IMG/VR virus record: IMGVR_UViG_3300022538_000960
Location: 34,002-98,001 of that record
Length of the DNA: 64,000 nucleotides
Origin: a virus
Strand: one strand, 5' to 3'
Numbering within the stretch: the stretch's first letter is position 1; each line of letters starts with the position of its first letter. The position numbers and the translations under genes are program-made. Below the pieces are notes generated by a model. The model worked only from the letters and a program-made list of their open reading frames with translations. It did not search any database and was not told the origin of the DNA. Below are positions 48,662 to 59,024 of this stretch, piece after piece.

Positions 48662-50019
48662 TGACTTGTACAAATGTAATGATTAATCCTTCGTATCTTA
48701 CGTTGGACGATTTTTTTCCTGTGGTTACTCCAATAGGAATAAATAATTTCATGGTTGTTTGGGGGCACGCCACATGGGGGCATAATGATAATTATGCTGG
48801 CATATTTGGATGACGGGTTCGATTTGAAGATACTGAGACTTCCAAAACTGTTATTCCCTATGGAAATTTGATTACATCAGGGGTTTCTTCATATGGAGCA
48901 GATAGGGGAGTGATGGCACGTTTTACCTGGGGACTTACTCCAAGGAGTGCTTCTGATTCTGATGGGAACACTTACGTGATAGTTCGACAGGGTGGCACCT
49001 ATTCTGAGGGCGGATTTATCATGTGTAAAATTAATTCCGATGGAAATGTTACTGTAGTAAGTGACCACTGGGCTCGGTGTGACAATATAGATCGCTGGTT
49101 TAAATTCAGACCTTATATTGGAGCTTGCACAACAAAGGTAATTGCTACCGGTGAACACTCTGTAAATCCGGCAGCTTCCGGCGTTCCAAAGTGGAATACC
49201 TGGGGCACATATTATAAAATTCTGGATACAAATTTGAATATTTCTAGTTGCGCCTATTTGCAAGATGCTGATGGAGAGGGTCATACATCTGTAGATTGCA
49301 ATTCAACTGGTAACTTCATAATTGTTTGGCATCATCATGGAGAAAATCATCCTTTTATCGGCCCAACAAGTATTTACCGTTCTATCAATGGTGGGGCTGG
49401 CTCAATAATTGGAGAAGGAGTATTTCCGAAAGTTGAGATAGATAATAATGGGAACCATATTGTGGCATGGGAGAATAATGGGGAGGTTTATGTTCAATTA
49501 TATGATAATGTTGGGGAATCAGTTGGTCAGAATATTCTGGTTGGATCCGTTGGCGGGATGATAAAATATTGGGAAGCTTGGATGGCGCTGATCAATCATG
49601 GATCCAATGCAATTGTTGTCCCCAGACTTTGGCCCGCGTTCGATATTGCAATTTCAAAGCAAACTGGAAATTTTGCTGTAGCTTGGAGCGACGCCCGATA
49701 TGGTGGTATCGTTGTGGTAAAATTCTACAATACTCTTGGGATTGAAATTGGTGAGCATATTGTTCCATGCCGATATCAGTTTAGTGCGAATCCATCAGTT
49801 GCAATAGATAATGAAGATAATGCGCTTGTGTGTTGGAATTCGTATCGGGAGGGTGGAGGATTCCTTGATATATATTCAAGATCCTTCAATATTGATGATG
49901 ATTCCGAGAATTATGTGATAATGGGCGGCGAGTCTGGTGGGCATCCAGGTGGGGCGGGAGCTGCAATGCCACACAAGAATATAGTTAAATTCCATTCGCC
50001 AGATGCGATAGGGAGATAA
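48661..50019 (+). CDS. Beta-propeller-like repeat protein interrupted by one in-frame TGA (48811-48813)
   Basis: ATG 48661 overlaps the upstream TAA and is in frame with the ORF-track entry 48868-50019; only codon 51 is a stop; same repeat family as 46259. Confidence 0.6.
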
Positions 50020-50020
50020 A

Positions 50021-50761
50021 ATGAATCAGAAGCAGGCATGGTTTCCTGAAATATCAAAGGGATTATTCAGACTGGGAGACAATATATACTCAACATTCCG
50101 AATGATACAACAATTGGCGCATGCCGTTGATTGGTTTAAGAGGGATCTGTCGGAACTCATGCCTTATGCGCAATTTCCAATTAAAACTCCGAATGGAAAC
50201 TATTGCGGGAAAGTTATAAAAGAGAAAGTAAAAGTTTTGGATCCTTACACTATACAGGTATCTCGCAAACCATTGTACTTTTGGGATGGCCCTCGGGGTT
50301 TAGCTTTTTGGTCGGAGGAATACGGATACGAAATAGAAACTGGAGATGGGGGAGAGGTGATTTATGATATCAGTGGGCATTTTGATTTGAGTGGGGAAAT
50401 ACCAGCAAATAATCCATGGCCATTATATGTTCCACCACATATATATGATTCCCCAGCTGACGTTGATGATTATGGGTTTATGCCAACTGTTGATTTTGAC
50501 GATGATAATAATACTCCAGTTTATTCGCATGGAATAAACATATACGTCAATGAGGCACTCATTACCAATGAAATCATAGAGACTTATGATTTTTGGAATG
50601 GATTAATTAAGTTTAAATGGCCTGTAAATGTTGATGATAAAATTGAAGTGACTTATTTATATGAGCAAGTGAAAGCAGTTATTCCCGATATCAATTTGAA
50701 CCCTGTATATCCTGAGATGTTATACAGTGGGGAATACGATTTCGTTGAATGTATAAAGTGA
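50021..50761 (+). CDS. Hypothetical baseplate/tail structural protein
   Basis: D..NG.I.F......D.IEVTY.Y beta-sandwich motif; RBS GGGAG. Confidence 0.55.
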   Translation: MNQKQAWFPEISKGLFRLGDNIYSTFRMIQQLAHAVDWFKRDLSELMPYAQFPIKTPNGNYCGKVIKEKVKVLDPYTIQVSRKPLYFWDGPRGLAFWSEEYGYEIETGDGGEVIYDISGHFDLSGEIPANNPWPLYVPPHIYDSPADVDDYGFMPTVDFDDDNNTPVYSHGINIYVNEALITNEIIETYDFWNGLIKFKWPVNVDDKIEVTYLYEQVKAVIPDINLNPVYPEMLYSGEYDFVECIK

Positions 50762-50770
50762 GGTAAGGTC

Positions 50771-51403
50771 ATGGCATTTCCCCGAAATGGATTATATAGG
50801 TATTGGATCACTCCTGTTGTCACCTATCCTGGTTCGTCCTGCATTAATGTAAGGAAATTGAATCCAGAAAATGCGACCGCGTCTACTCCTGAAGGCAGTG
50901 AAATTGTAGTTGGCGACGAATCTGTTGGATTCGCGGTAAAGCGGCAACTTGATATTTTGGATGCTCGACGTCGTCCGAAACTTACGGATCCAGATAGGTG
51001 TGGATCCAAGCAACAGGAAGTTCAGTACTATACAGACATCGGATATGTGGACGGGCTCCCATATCAAGGCGATGCTGTCATTATTATAAAAATTCCATTC
51101 TCCAGATTGAGATCCATGGCGCAAAAAATTTATGATTTATCGGCATCCATGCAGGATGTTTCAGTAGATATTAAGGATATAATTTATCAGAACTATCAAC
51201 AAACTTTTTCTGAGACCGGCCTATTAGATTTTGATGAATTGGTTGCAGCTCAGGGTTGGTCTGATGAAGAACAAGGATATGCGTCGGACCACATTCAGTT
51301 TATTGATACGTGTTATCAGGAAGCACAAGAGAAAATTAGACAACTTACTAAGAAATATATAGCTTTTGGGGTTTTCCCTATAATCATATATAAAGACGAA
51401 TAA
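50771..51403 (+). CDS. Hypothetical baseplate/tail structural protein
   Basis: RBS GAGGT; in frame with the previous gene; YTDIGYVDG.PY motif. Confidence 0.55.
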   Translation: MAFPRNGLYRYWITPVVTYPGSSCINVRKLNPENATASTPEGSEIVVGDESVGFAVKRQLDILDARRRPKLTDPDRCGSKQQEVQYYTDIGYVDGLPYQGDAVIIIKIPFSRLRSMAQKIYDLSASMQDVSVDIKDIIYQNYQQTFSETGLLDFDELVAAQGWSDEEQGYASDHIQFIDTCYQEAQEKIRQLTKKYIAFGVFPIIIYKDE

Positions 51404-51404
51404 A

Positions 51405-54080
51405 ATGAATCTCCTGACCCAATATCAAAGTATTATACCAAAATTTCAATTTGAACAATTCAAAGAATATTTCCAACACCAGGCAGATATTGGAGAATTG
51501 AGATCAACCCAGGATTTTAGTCATCAACTAGACGAAGCAATCAAGTTGATAGATCCAAACAATTTGCCGACTTTTACGTCACCACATTTTTCCCTATTTG
51601 GCAGAACCCGTTCCAGAATCTATAATAAGATGATGGATTATATTAAAATAGATTTATCATCTCTGTACAAGGAATCCAATCTTTCATTTCATATTTTGGG
51701 AATTCAGGAAAATTTGAGTAAGGATTTTAATGATAATGTTAATGATGCTATAATTCATCTAAAGGGGGAGTTGATCGCTCAAAAAATCAAGTTTGGAAAT
51801 GTGTTTGGTCAAAAACGCACCACATTTGAATCCTTTACGGACATGGTTGGAAAGATGTATGTTAATACCAGGGTCCGGCATGGCGATTTGACATTGGATA
51901 CATATTCAACGGAAATCCATATTTATACAGTGGAAAATGCTGAAGTCTATAGATATCCTGGAGGTGGAGTTGAAATATTCAAATCGAAGGTGAATGATGT
52001 TGAACTAACTCCAGAAATTTTACAGCCTGGGCTTCATCTTGGATATTGGGCAGAGATGATTTTGAGTGATGTCATCCCTGGACTACAATTTTACAATCAT
52101 GACATTGTGCCTCAAAACAAAACATTTATGGGCATTCTTGCTGTTTTAAGACTAACTTTTGCTACTCCCATATCTCTAAATGGATTGGACATCGATCCAT
52201 TTACTATTTTCGATATTAGGATTCCATGGATCAGATATCGCCGGGATGATTCAGATGAGTGGATATATCTGACTTCGGATTCCATAAGAATTTCAGGAAT
52301 AGGTCGAGAAATTATCACTTTCAAGAATATTGATAGAATAAACCATGTCAAATATCTTGAAATTCCATTTTGGCAGGTAAATTCTATCACTGATAGGTAT
52401 ACAATTCCGAAGATTACCAAAAGCAAGATAGAATTTTTGGAAGATGTCTTTACAGAAAAATACAAAAACATTCAAAACATCCAAACGAATGATATTTATC
52501 TTCCCTCTGAAGAAACAGGTTATGATATAGCTAACAATATAGTAATGACAGACCGAATTAGCGAAGTTTTTGACAAATTGTCTGCATTATTGGGGATAGA
52601 TCCAATAAGATTTAGACGAGTTGGGTCCAATTTTATTCGAGAAGAACAGCCAAAAGATGAATTATTTTTGGATCAGACCGAGAAATATGAATATGTATAT
52701 GGGGCATATTCAATACTACCGATGGATATTAAGTATAGACCGAGGGGTGCGTTTTTTTCATCACCAATAGATTTAGTGCCAGAGTCAATAAATTCATTTT
52801 CTATCTTTGTGTCTGATAGTCAACCAGATATAACGTCTGCCAATTATTTTATTCAGATTGATTCTGGACAGAAATATCAGCTTTTGCCAATGGGACGAAG
52901 AAGAATTAAAGAACATATCCCAGTAGAAGACGATATTACGATACTTCCCCGCGCTTATACGACCGATGAATTTTCTGCGAATGAATACAATATCCAATCA
53001 GGCTGCCTGCCTACCACTTTCAATAAATTCATTCCCACGTTTTATGTAGATACGTCATATTATTACAAGGTATACAGGAATGGAATTGAAATATCTGGAA
53101 TTATGGTAGATCCGAAGGAAAGATATCTGTATAATGAAGTTAGTGGAGAAATTGCTGAGCTTTCGTCCTTGGCATCCACAGATATTATCGTTGCTGATTA
53201 CTATGTAGATGACCTGTATCAGCCGCCGGGGCGAATCATATTTCCATCTGTTTTTGACGCTGATATTTCAGGGGAGACATCTGGTACATTTGCTTTTTCA
53301 CTCGAGGGAATGAATCCTCTGGATATATCAAAAGATTATGATCTCTATTTTGGACTCCCGGAGACTCAATGGATTAAACTATTGTCTTCAGAATATTTAT
53401 TGGAAGATGAAATAATACTTGTTTCTGGAGATGTAGTATATAATTATATCAGCGGTTGCGTAAATATCACATCTCTAGATGGTCTTAGATTTATGTTTGA
53501 ATATTATTCAACTACTGATGAGTTCAATGGAAACTTTGGCAGAAGGGATTTCCCTGGAAGTCCGTATATTGTTGATCTCACTCAGTTTCATCTGGGACGA
53601 CTGATGCCGGATTTTGGAGAGCCGCCAAAACCCGTTGTATTTAAAATGCTTGGTTTGCAGCGTTTTTCTGGAAAATTCAAACTTAATAACTATGTGATCG
53701 AACTTCCAGTTGCGCCTGCAATCGATTTTAGGCTCTACAATTATGATGGCACATGGAATGATGATCCAAATACAGGAAAGATGTATACTCCAATAGAAGT
53801 CAAATTCGGAGACATTGTTGCGGTTGATAGAACAAACTACTTGGCAGAAAAGGATACTCTGCATCCATTTGAAGAAATTGGCGAACATGAATTTTATTTG
53901 AAGAAGAATTTTCTCTATTTTAATATTAAAGAATCATTAACGGATGTAACAGTTGCATATAATTATGTAACAAAAGATGCGAAACTGAAGATAGAATTGG
54001 ATTCGAATGTGCCACTTACCTCCTCGTATACGCCTGTGGTGCATGATTACACCTTAGGTTTCGGAACTATCGATTGGTAA
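51405..54080 (+). CDS. Large baseplate/fibre-associated protein, family B copy 1
   Basis: N-terminal YN....I..DL..LY helix; C-terminal YTPVVHDYTL; shared with downstream paralogues. Confidence 0.6.
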   Translation: MNLLTQYQSIIPKFQFEQFKEYFQHQADIGELRSTQDFSHQLDEAIKLIDPNNLPTFTSPHFSLFGRTRSRIYNKMMDYIKIDLSSLYKESNLSFHILGIQENLSKDFNDNVNDAIIHLKGELIAQKIKFGNVFGQKRTTFESFTDMVGKMYVNTRVRHGDLTLDTYSTEIHIYTVENAEVYRYPGGGVEIFKSKVNDVELTPEILQPGLHLGYWAEMILSDVIPGLQFYNHDIVPQNKTFMGILAVLRLTFATPISLNGLDIDPFTIFDIRIPWIRYRRDDSDEWIYLTSDSIRISGIGREIITFKNIDRINHVKYLEIPFWQVNSITDRYTIPKITKSKIEFLEDVFTEKYKNIQNIQTNDIYLPSEETGYDIANNIVMTDRISEVFDKLSALLGIDPIRFRRVGSNFIREEQPKDELFLDQTEKYEYVYGAYSILPMDIKYRPRGAFFSSPIDLVPESINSFSIFVSDSQPDITSANYFIQIDSGQKYQLLPMGRRRIKEHIPVEDDITILPRAYTTDEFSANEYNIQSGCLPTTFNKFIPTFYVDTSYYYKVYRNGIEISGIMVDPKERYLYNEVSGEIAELSSLASTDIIVADYYVDDLYQPPGRIIFPSVFDADISGETSGTFAFSLEGMNPLDISKDYDLYFGLPETQWIKLLSSEYLLEDEIILVSGDVVYNYISGCVNITSLDGLRFMFEYYSTTDEFNGNFGRRDFPGSPYIVDLTQFHLGRLMPDFGEPPKPVVFKMLGLQRFSGKFKLNNYVIELPVAPAIDFRLYNYDGTWNDDPNTGKMYTPIEVKFGDIVAVDRTNYLAEKDTLHPFEEIGEHEFYLKKNFLYFNIKESLTDVTVAYNYVTKDAKLKIELDSNVPLTSSYTPVVHDYTLGFGTIDW

Positions 54081-54908
54081 ATGCTTAAACACTTATTTGC
54101 TTTCCCATATATTATCGACAAGAATCGGTTGTCTGAACAACTTGATGAACTTCTCGTACGCCTGAAAGATCTAAATATTGTTGGGGAATATGATATTACA
54201 GAGGAATTGCTTCGGCTGATTTTAAAATTTTATACCACGGTCGGCAGCCCCAAATTCAATAAAAGCTTTTTGGTTGATGGAAGGGAATGCCCATCTTCCA
54301 CAAAGATGAATGAAACTTGGCTATCCTTAGATTCGGATTTGAAAACTCTATTCGTTCAACAAAATGTGATTGATGAGACCTTGGTCGTGGGATATAATTA
54401 TTTTTCGGTTGGAAAAGAAAACATTTTAAATAAGTTAAAAGACTGCAATGAGAAACTTACGAAAGTTTCATCCATCTGCTCATCTAAAAATAGCCCCGTA
54501 TTTGAGGTAACGGAAAATTTTGATACAAATAGTGGGATTGATTTTGAATTTGTTCCTGGTGGGCAACAAGTCAATTATGATCAATTTATTGGGGCAATTA
54601 CTTTGGGGGCAGAATCCCCCGAATCCACTCTTGAATCGAATATTTCAAATATTGCCGTAAAAGCATATTGGAATAATTTGGAGATATCTGATCAAGAATT
54701 TTTGACATCGCCAGACGTTTCTGATGGCAAAATGTATGGTATTTATGGAGACCACGGAGAGAACGGAATCCGGATTGGTCCACTGGTTTTGATAAATCAT
54801 TCCGAATCTGTTGAACCTCCAGTTATTGAACCCCCAACTATTGAGCAACCTCCAGATTATCCCGAATCAAAAGATGATGCCAAAGCGGAAAGAAGAAGAG
54901 GGCTATGA
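54081..54908 (+). CDS. Family B copy 2, N-terminal piece
   Basis: SSTKMNETW..L.SDL..LF and ENFDTNSGIDF; lacks the family C-terminus; ends in a Pro-rich tract. Confidence 0.55.
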   Translation: MLKHLFAFPYIIDKNRLSEQLDELLVRLKDLNIVGEYDITEELLRLILKFYTTVGSPKFNKSFLVDGRECPSSTKMNETWLSLDSDLKTLFVQQNVIDETLVVGYNYFSVGKENILNKLKDCNEKLTKVSSICSSKNSPVFEVTENFDTNSGIDFEFVPGGQQVNYDQFIGAITLGAESPESTLESNISNIAVKAYWNNLEISDQEFLTSPDVSDGKMYGIYGDHGENGIRIGPLVLINHSESVEPPVIEPPTIEQPPDYPESKDDAKAERRRGL

Positions 54909-56224
54909 ATCTATCTGAATTGTATAAACAAAAAGTTTTTGATATTCAGGATTCCAAAGCGAATTTAAAAAGTTTTTTGGAAGTTGAGCGTATCATATTA
55001 TTGGACAATCCGGTGGCAGCTATAGATCGAGCGAGAAGCGAGGTCATTCGTAAATATGGGTCGGGGAGTGTAAAAATTCTTTATAAACAAAATTTCTCTC
55101 AGAGTTTTGATCCAACAAAAAATAAATTGGTTGCCCAATATATTATTTCGTTAGTTCGAAAAATGCCGATCAATCAAATTACTCTCGCCGCTCATAATTT
55201 TGGAGAGAACTGTTATATTAAAGTTAATCGTCTCCAAATATTCAATGAAGAACTCAAAAATGTTCCTACATTTAAGAGGGGTCAAATGATTGCAGGTTCC
55301 ACCTCTCTTTCAAGTAACCAGTATTCCAGATCAATAAGATGGATATTTCCATCGAGGGATATATCCCAAATAATTATAGAATTGGAGCAAGATTATTGCT
55401 ATCCTGTAAGATATTCTTTAGCGGCTTTTTCCCCGTATTGCGGAACCGAGGAGTTGGGAAATTTGGGTATTACTCTGCTTGATATTTCCAGTAAAAAATT
55501 ATTTGGTGACATTATTGGAAGTATCGGTGCTACATCTTTGGTTGACGTGGAAGCTATAAATACGTCTCTTGATTTATCAGTGGCACATTTAGCTGAATAC
55601 TACAGTTCCACAGATCTATATAATCCGGTGTGCCCAGGGATGGAAAATTGGAAACCTGGGGATCCTATCACTTTATGTAAGCCGGTTCCGATTACCGGAG
55701 TTCATTTAAATAGGGATGTTGGGAAGGATGGCATAATTGATATCCCTAGGGAAGAATCAAATAGATATCGATATGCAATTGGGATTTCCGATATGAATTT
55801 TGGAATTCAGGAGTATAAATCTACTTCAATTTTTGTCTCCAAACAATATAAGATTAAAACGCTGGCTGAAATTTCACTTGCAGTAAATGATTTTGTACCA
55901 TCGGAATTCGGATCGGGAGAATGGCTGAAATATTATGTCTCGCTTGATAATGGTGCAACTTTTCTCAGAATTAATCCTACGAATTATAATGATAAAAAAT
56001 TTCTGGATGGGTTCGTTATTCCAAAAATAATTTATTGTAATTCAGAGATTCCTGCTGAATTTCGTGCAAAAACTCCGACTGGTGTTTATGCATACTATGA
56101 TTCTCCATCGGAAATAAAAAATGTTAGAGTTAAGACCGAAATGTCGAGACCATCAGGGAATGAATTTAAAAATTTTACCCCAATAGTGTATTCATTCAGT
56201 TTAAATATTAAACCAAGTAGATAA
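54905..56224 (+). CDS. Family B copy 2, C-terminal piece
   Basis: Y..GI.D.....Y.....FVSK, LKYYVS and C-terminal FTPIVYSFSL; ATGA overlap with the previous gene. Confidence 0.55.
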   Translation: MNLSELYKQKVFDIQDSKANLKSFLEVERIILLDNPVAAIDRARSEVIRKYGSGSVKILYKQNFSQSFDPTKNKLVAQYIISLVRKMPINQITLAAHNFGENCYIKVNRLQIFNEELKNVPTFKRGQMIAGSTSLSSNQYSRSIRWIFPSRDISQIIIELEQDYCYPVRYSLAAFSPYCGTEELGNLGITLLDISSKKLFGDIIGSIGATSLVDVEAINTSLDLSVAHLAEYYSSTDLYNPVCPGMENWKPGDPITLCKPVPITGVHLNRDVGKDGIIDIPREESNRYRYAIGISDMNFGIQEYKSTSIFVSKQYKIKTLAEISLAVNDFVPSEFGSGEWLKYYVSLDNGATFLRINPTNYNDKKFLDGFVIPKIIYCNSEIPAEFRAKTPTGVYAYYDSPSEIKNVRVKTEMSRPSGNEFKNFTPIVYSFSLNIKPSR

Positions 56225-58755
56225 TGTCCATAGCAAGAGAGCAGTTAAAAGCATTTTATAATTTAGCCATCAACCATTTTATCTTTGATGTTGGTTCACT
56301 CCCCAGCAATTGGAAGTTATTTAATTATGTGGATGCATATCTTAGTTCCAATGATATTTCTCTGGGATATCCGATATTTAAAGCTCATCATCAAAGTAAA
56401 AAATCGAAGTCAGATATTCAGAAGTATAATACGAATATCAGTGATTTAATTTTTGATCTTGTGATTGCTTATAATGAAATGACCAATCAGAGCATTAAAA
56501 TTTCCGAATTTTTGGGTGGGTCAGAGTGCCAGCATAGAGGATTAATGAAGGAATTGAATAAATTACTTTTCCAATATGGAAATCTATTGAACTTTGAGAC
56601 AGAGATGTATGTTCTAGGTGATAATTTCGCAGACTCGTCTAATATTGATTTTAATAGAACTACCGCGAAAGTAGATGTTTCATCCGGGAAAATAATTATT
56701 GGGGATGGCGCTTCAAAAAAATTGCATTTTGGTTTCCTCGAGAATATATCGGAACCACCGAATCTCGAATTTTTAATGCCGTATGTTTCAAGGACAAAAC
56801 TCTTGGATAGCTCGTTTTCGAACGTTTTAATTTCCTCTAATTCATTATGGTCAGAATATGTATTAACTGACCTGCTTCCTGAATTCGCAATAAGATTTGA
56901 ATTGCCGCTATCTAGGTTCGGAAAAGAAATCAACATCAATAGAATTTATATTAATTTGGTATCTCCTAAGGCCGTCGATATTACGGTAGAATATTTAAAA
57001 GATGGGGCATGGCGGTGGATCTTTAATAATGATATTGAGTCGGTAGATGTGATATCATTCAGTCCTATTGTTACTAGCAAATTGCGATTCACCCTGAGGA
57101 AGAAATCTCCCGATGCCATTTATGGATCGCGTAGTACGTATTCCTTTATGATTAAGCAAATAGAGGTTTATAAATTCGATTCATTGAATATGTCAGAGCT
57201 GGTATCAACTCCTTTACGAATAGCATCTAATACAGTGGAAGACGTAGCTGCTGGGGAAATTACCCTGGAGGTTGATGAGAATATTCCAGCTGGTACACAA
57301 ATTAAATATTTCATTGCGGAGGACCCATATGTTACTGGAGCTTTCGTTTTGGAAACAGATTCTTCGGTGGTTGTAGATGCCGACTATGGGGTCGGATCTT
57401 ATTTCAGTGTAGGGCATGAAGATTATAGTGAACATCTGTGGGATATTTTGGAAAGTGGAGTTGATGTTTCTGGTGAATTACCAAATAGTGGGGAATTTTC
57501 TTGGATTGGAATAGAGCCGCATAACCGCGAAGATGCGGAAAATACGAAAATTTATTTTGATTATTTGACTGAATCAGACATAAATGAATTTTCCGATGGA
57601 TATGTCCTAGAGATTGATGACGTCGCATTCACAATTGGAAAACTGAAGCTCTATAAAATATATGAATGGCTTGATCCAGCTAATTTAGTAGAAAGTGCGG
57701 TTCCTTTTAAAATTGGAGTTCGAGGCGGGAAAAATTGTTGGATGTTTGAAGAAAAATATTATGAATATATCCAATGGTTTGAAGGCGAGGGAGATCTTGT
57801 TGATGGAGAATGTGTGATACTTGGATCAAAAGAAAATCGCATTCTAAATAATTCAATAAAATCTATTCGATCCGCTGGTTCCCTTGAGGAATTTACACCA
57901 ATAGAGGATTATATTGTTGTATATGGTGTCCCTGCCTATGGTGCAACTATTAAGTCAAATGCCGGGAAAATGATTGCAGAAGCAGAGGAAAGTCTGCCAT
58001 TGATTTATATGTACGGAGTGAATATGTTGACGCCAAGATATATCTATAGATGCTATATTGACCTTCCCTGGCGTGTGTATGAAACTGCTAAACAGACTGA
58101 CGCAGATGTTCCCCTCATTACTGTCAAATGGTGGAATACTGGTGATGGAAAAATAAAAAGCTTTGCAATTACCAATTTTGACGATGAAATGAGAGAAATA
58201 GAAAAAAAAGTTGAATATGAGCATGAACATGATGTTATACGATCAATAAATCTACTTGATATTGGTCGCGGATATGGAAAATTTAAGTTGGAATTAGACT
58301 TAGAACTTTCCGAAGACGTTTTGAATATGGCCGAGGGTTTGGTGCAGCATATAATAAATAGTTTGGATCCAATAAGTCGTTTAACTCTTCCCTCTTATCT
58401 TCCCCCGTATGGTTGGGCAAGTCCCCTTTGTCAGGTCAGCCCGGATACGTTGAAATATGCAACACATAAGTATGATCATTCTAGATTTGCTATTTATCAA
58501 CATAGACTAGGATATTATGCACTGATGACAAATAATTTTGGTCAATTCTTTGGCAACTCCGTGTTGGTTTTTAAAAATATCATAGTGAATCCAGAGACTG
58601 GTTTTATTGGAATTGACCCATATGATTTTTTTGATATATCATTTAATATTGTAAATAAGAAATGTGACTCATTTTTATTTAAAGCTCGGCTGACGAGTGA
58701 GGGGCAGACGACGCCAGAACTTAGAAACTATAAGATATTAGTGAGGAATGAATAA
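56224..58755 (+). CDS. Family B copy 3
   Basis: KYN..I..L..DL...Y; DNFADSSNIDF; IKYFI; C-terminal TTPELRNYKI. Confidence 0.6.
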   Translation: MSIAREQLKAFYNLAINHFIFDVGSLPSNWKLFNYVDAYLSSNDISLGYPIFKAHHQSKKSKSDIQKYNTNISDLIFDLVIAYNEMTNQSIKISEFLGGSECQHRGLMKELNKLLFQYGNLLNFETEMYVLGDNFADSSNIDFNRTTAKVDVSSGKIIIGDGASKKLHFGFLENISEPPNLEFLMPYVSRTKLLDSSFSNVLISSNSLWSEYVLTDLLPEFAIRFELPLSRFGKEININRIYINLVSPKAVDITVEYLKDGAWRWIFNNDIESVDVISFSPIVTSKLRFTLRKKSPDAIYGSRSTYSFMIKQIEVYKFDSLNMSELVSTPLRIASNTVEDVAAGEITLEVDENIPAGTQIKYFIAEDPYVTGAFVLETDSSVVVDADYGVGSYFSVGHEDYSEHLWDILESGVDVSGELPNSGEFSWIGIEPHNREDAENTKIYFDYLTESDINEFSDGYVLEIDDVAFTIGKLKLYKIYEWLDPANLVESAVPFKIGVRGGKNCWMFEEKYYEYIQWFEGEGDLVDGECVILGSKENRILNNSIKSIRSAGSLEEFTPIEDYIVVYGVPAYGATIKSNAGKMIAEAEESLPLIYMYGVNMLTPRYIYRCYIDLPWRVYETAKQTDADVPLITVKWWNTGDGKIKSFAITNFDDEMREIEKKVEYEHEHDVIRSINLLDIGRGYGKFKLELDLELSEDVLNMAEGLVQHIINSLDPISRLTLPSYLPPYGWASPLCQVSPDTLKYATHKYDHSRFAIYQHRLGYYALMTNNFGQFFGNSVLVFKNIIVNPETGFIGIDPYDFFDISFNIVNKKCDSFLFKARLTSEGQTTPELRNYKILVRNE

Positions 58756-59024
58756 TGGAATTTCCTTATAGTAGAAGAATTTTTAGATCGAATTATCCAC
58801 TTTCTTCGCGGCTATGGAATTCAATTTTGGAGGAGATTCAAATAATATTTTGCCGATTTTTTGGCAACACCATAAATAAGACCGTAGTTTCAGCGGGAAA
58901 ATTGGGGGAAGAAAGAGAGAATCTGAATTCGCAGTTTGAATCTAATTTGAATTCAGTAAATGCATTATTTAATTCGTTTTCGGGTTTAAAGGAAAATGTA
59001 ACTAATTCTGGATCGAGGTCATAA
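58755..59024 (+). CDS. Small structural protein (PLSS..WN...EEI motif)
   Basis: TAATG coupling on both sides; N-terminus resembles that of the next gene. Confidence 0.55.
   Translation: MEFPYSRRIFRSNYPLSSRLWNSILEEIQIIFCRFFGNTINKTVVSAGKLGEERENLNSQFESNLNSVNALFNSFSGLKENVTNSGSRS

Noticed and set aside
48811-48860. Bacterial SECIS element after the in-frame TGA
   Set aside because: Only a weak, bulged stem is possible and the context is not a redox motif; kept only as a minor alternative.
50759-50773. TGA readthrough fusing 50021 and 50771 (same frame)
   Set aside because: The downstream gene has its own GAGGT RBS and ATG; independent initiation is sufficient, although an ancestral fusion is possible.
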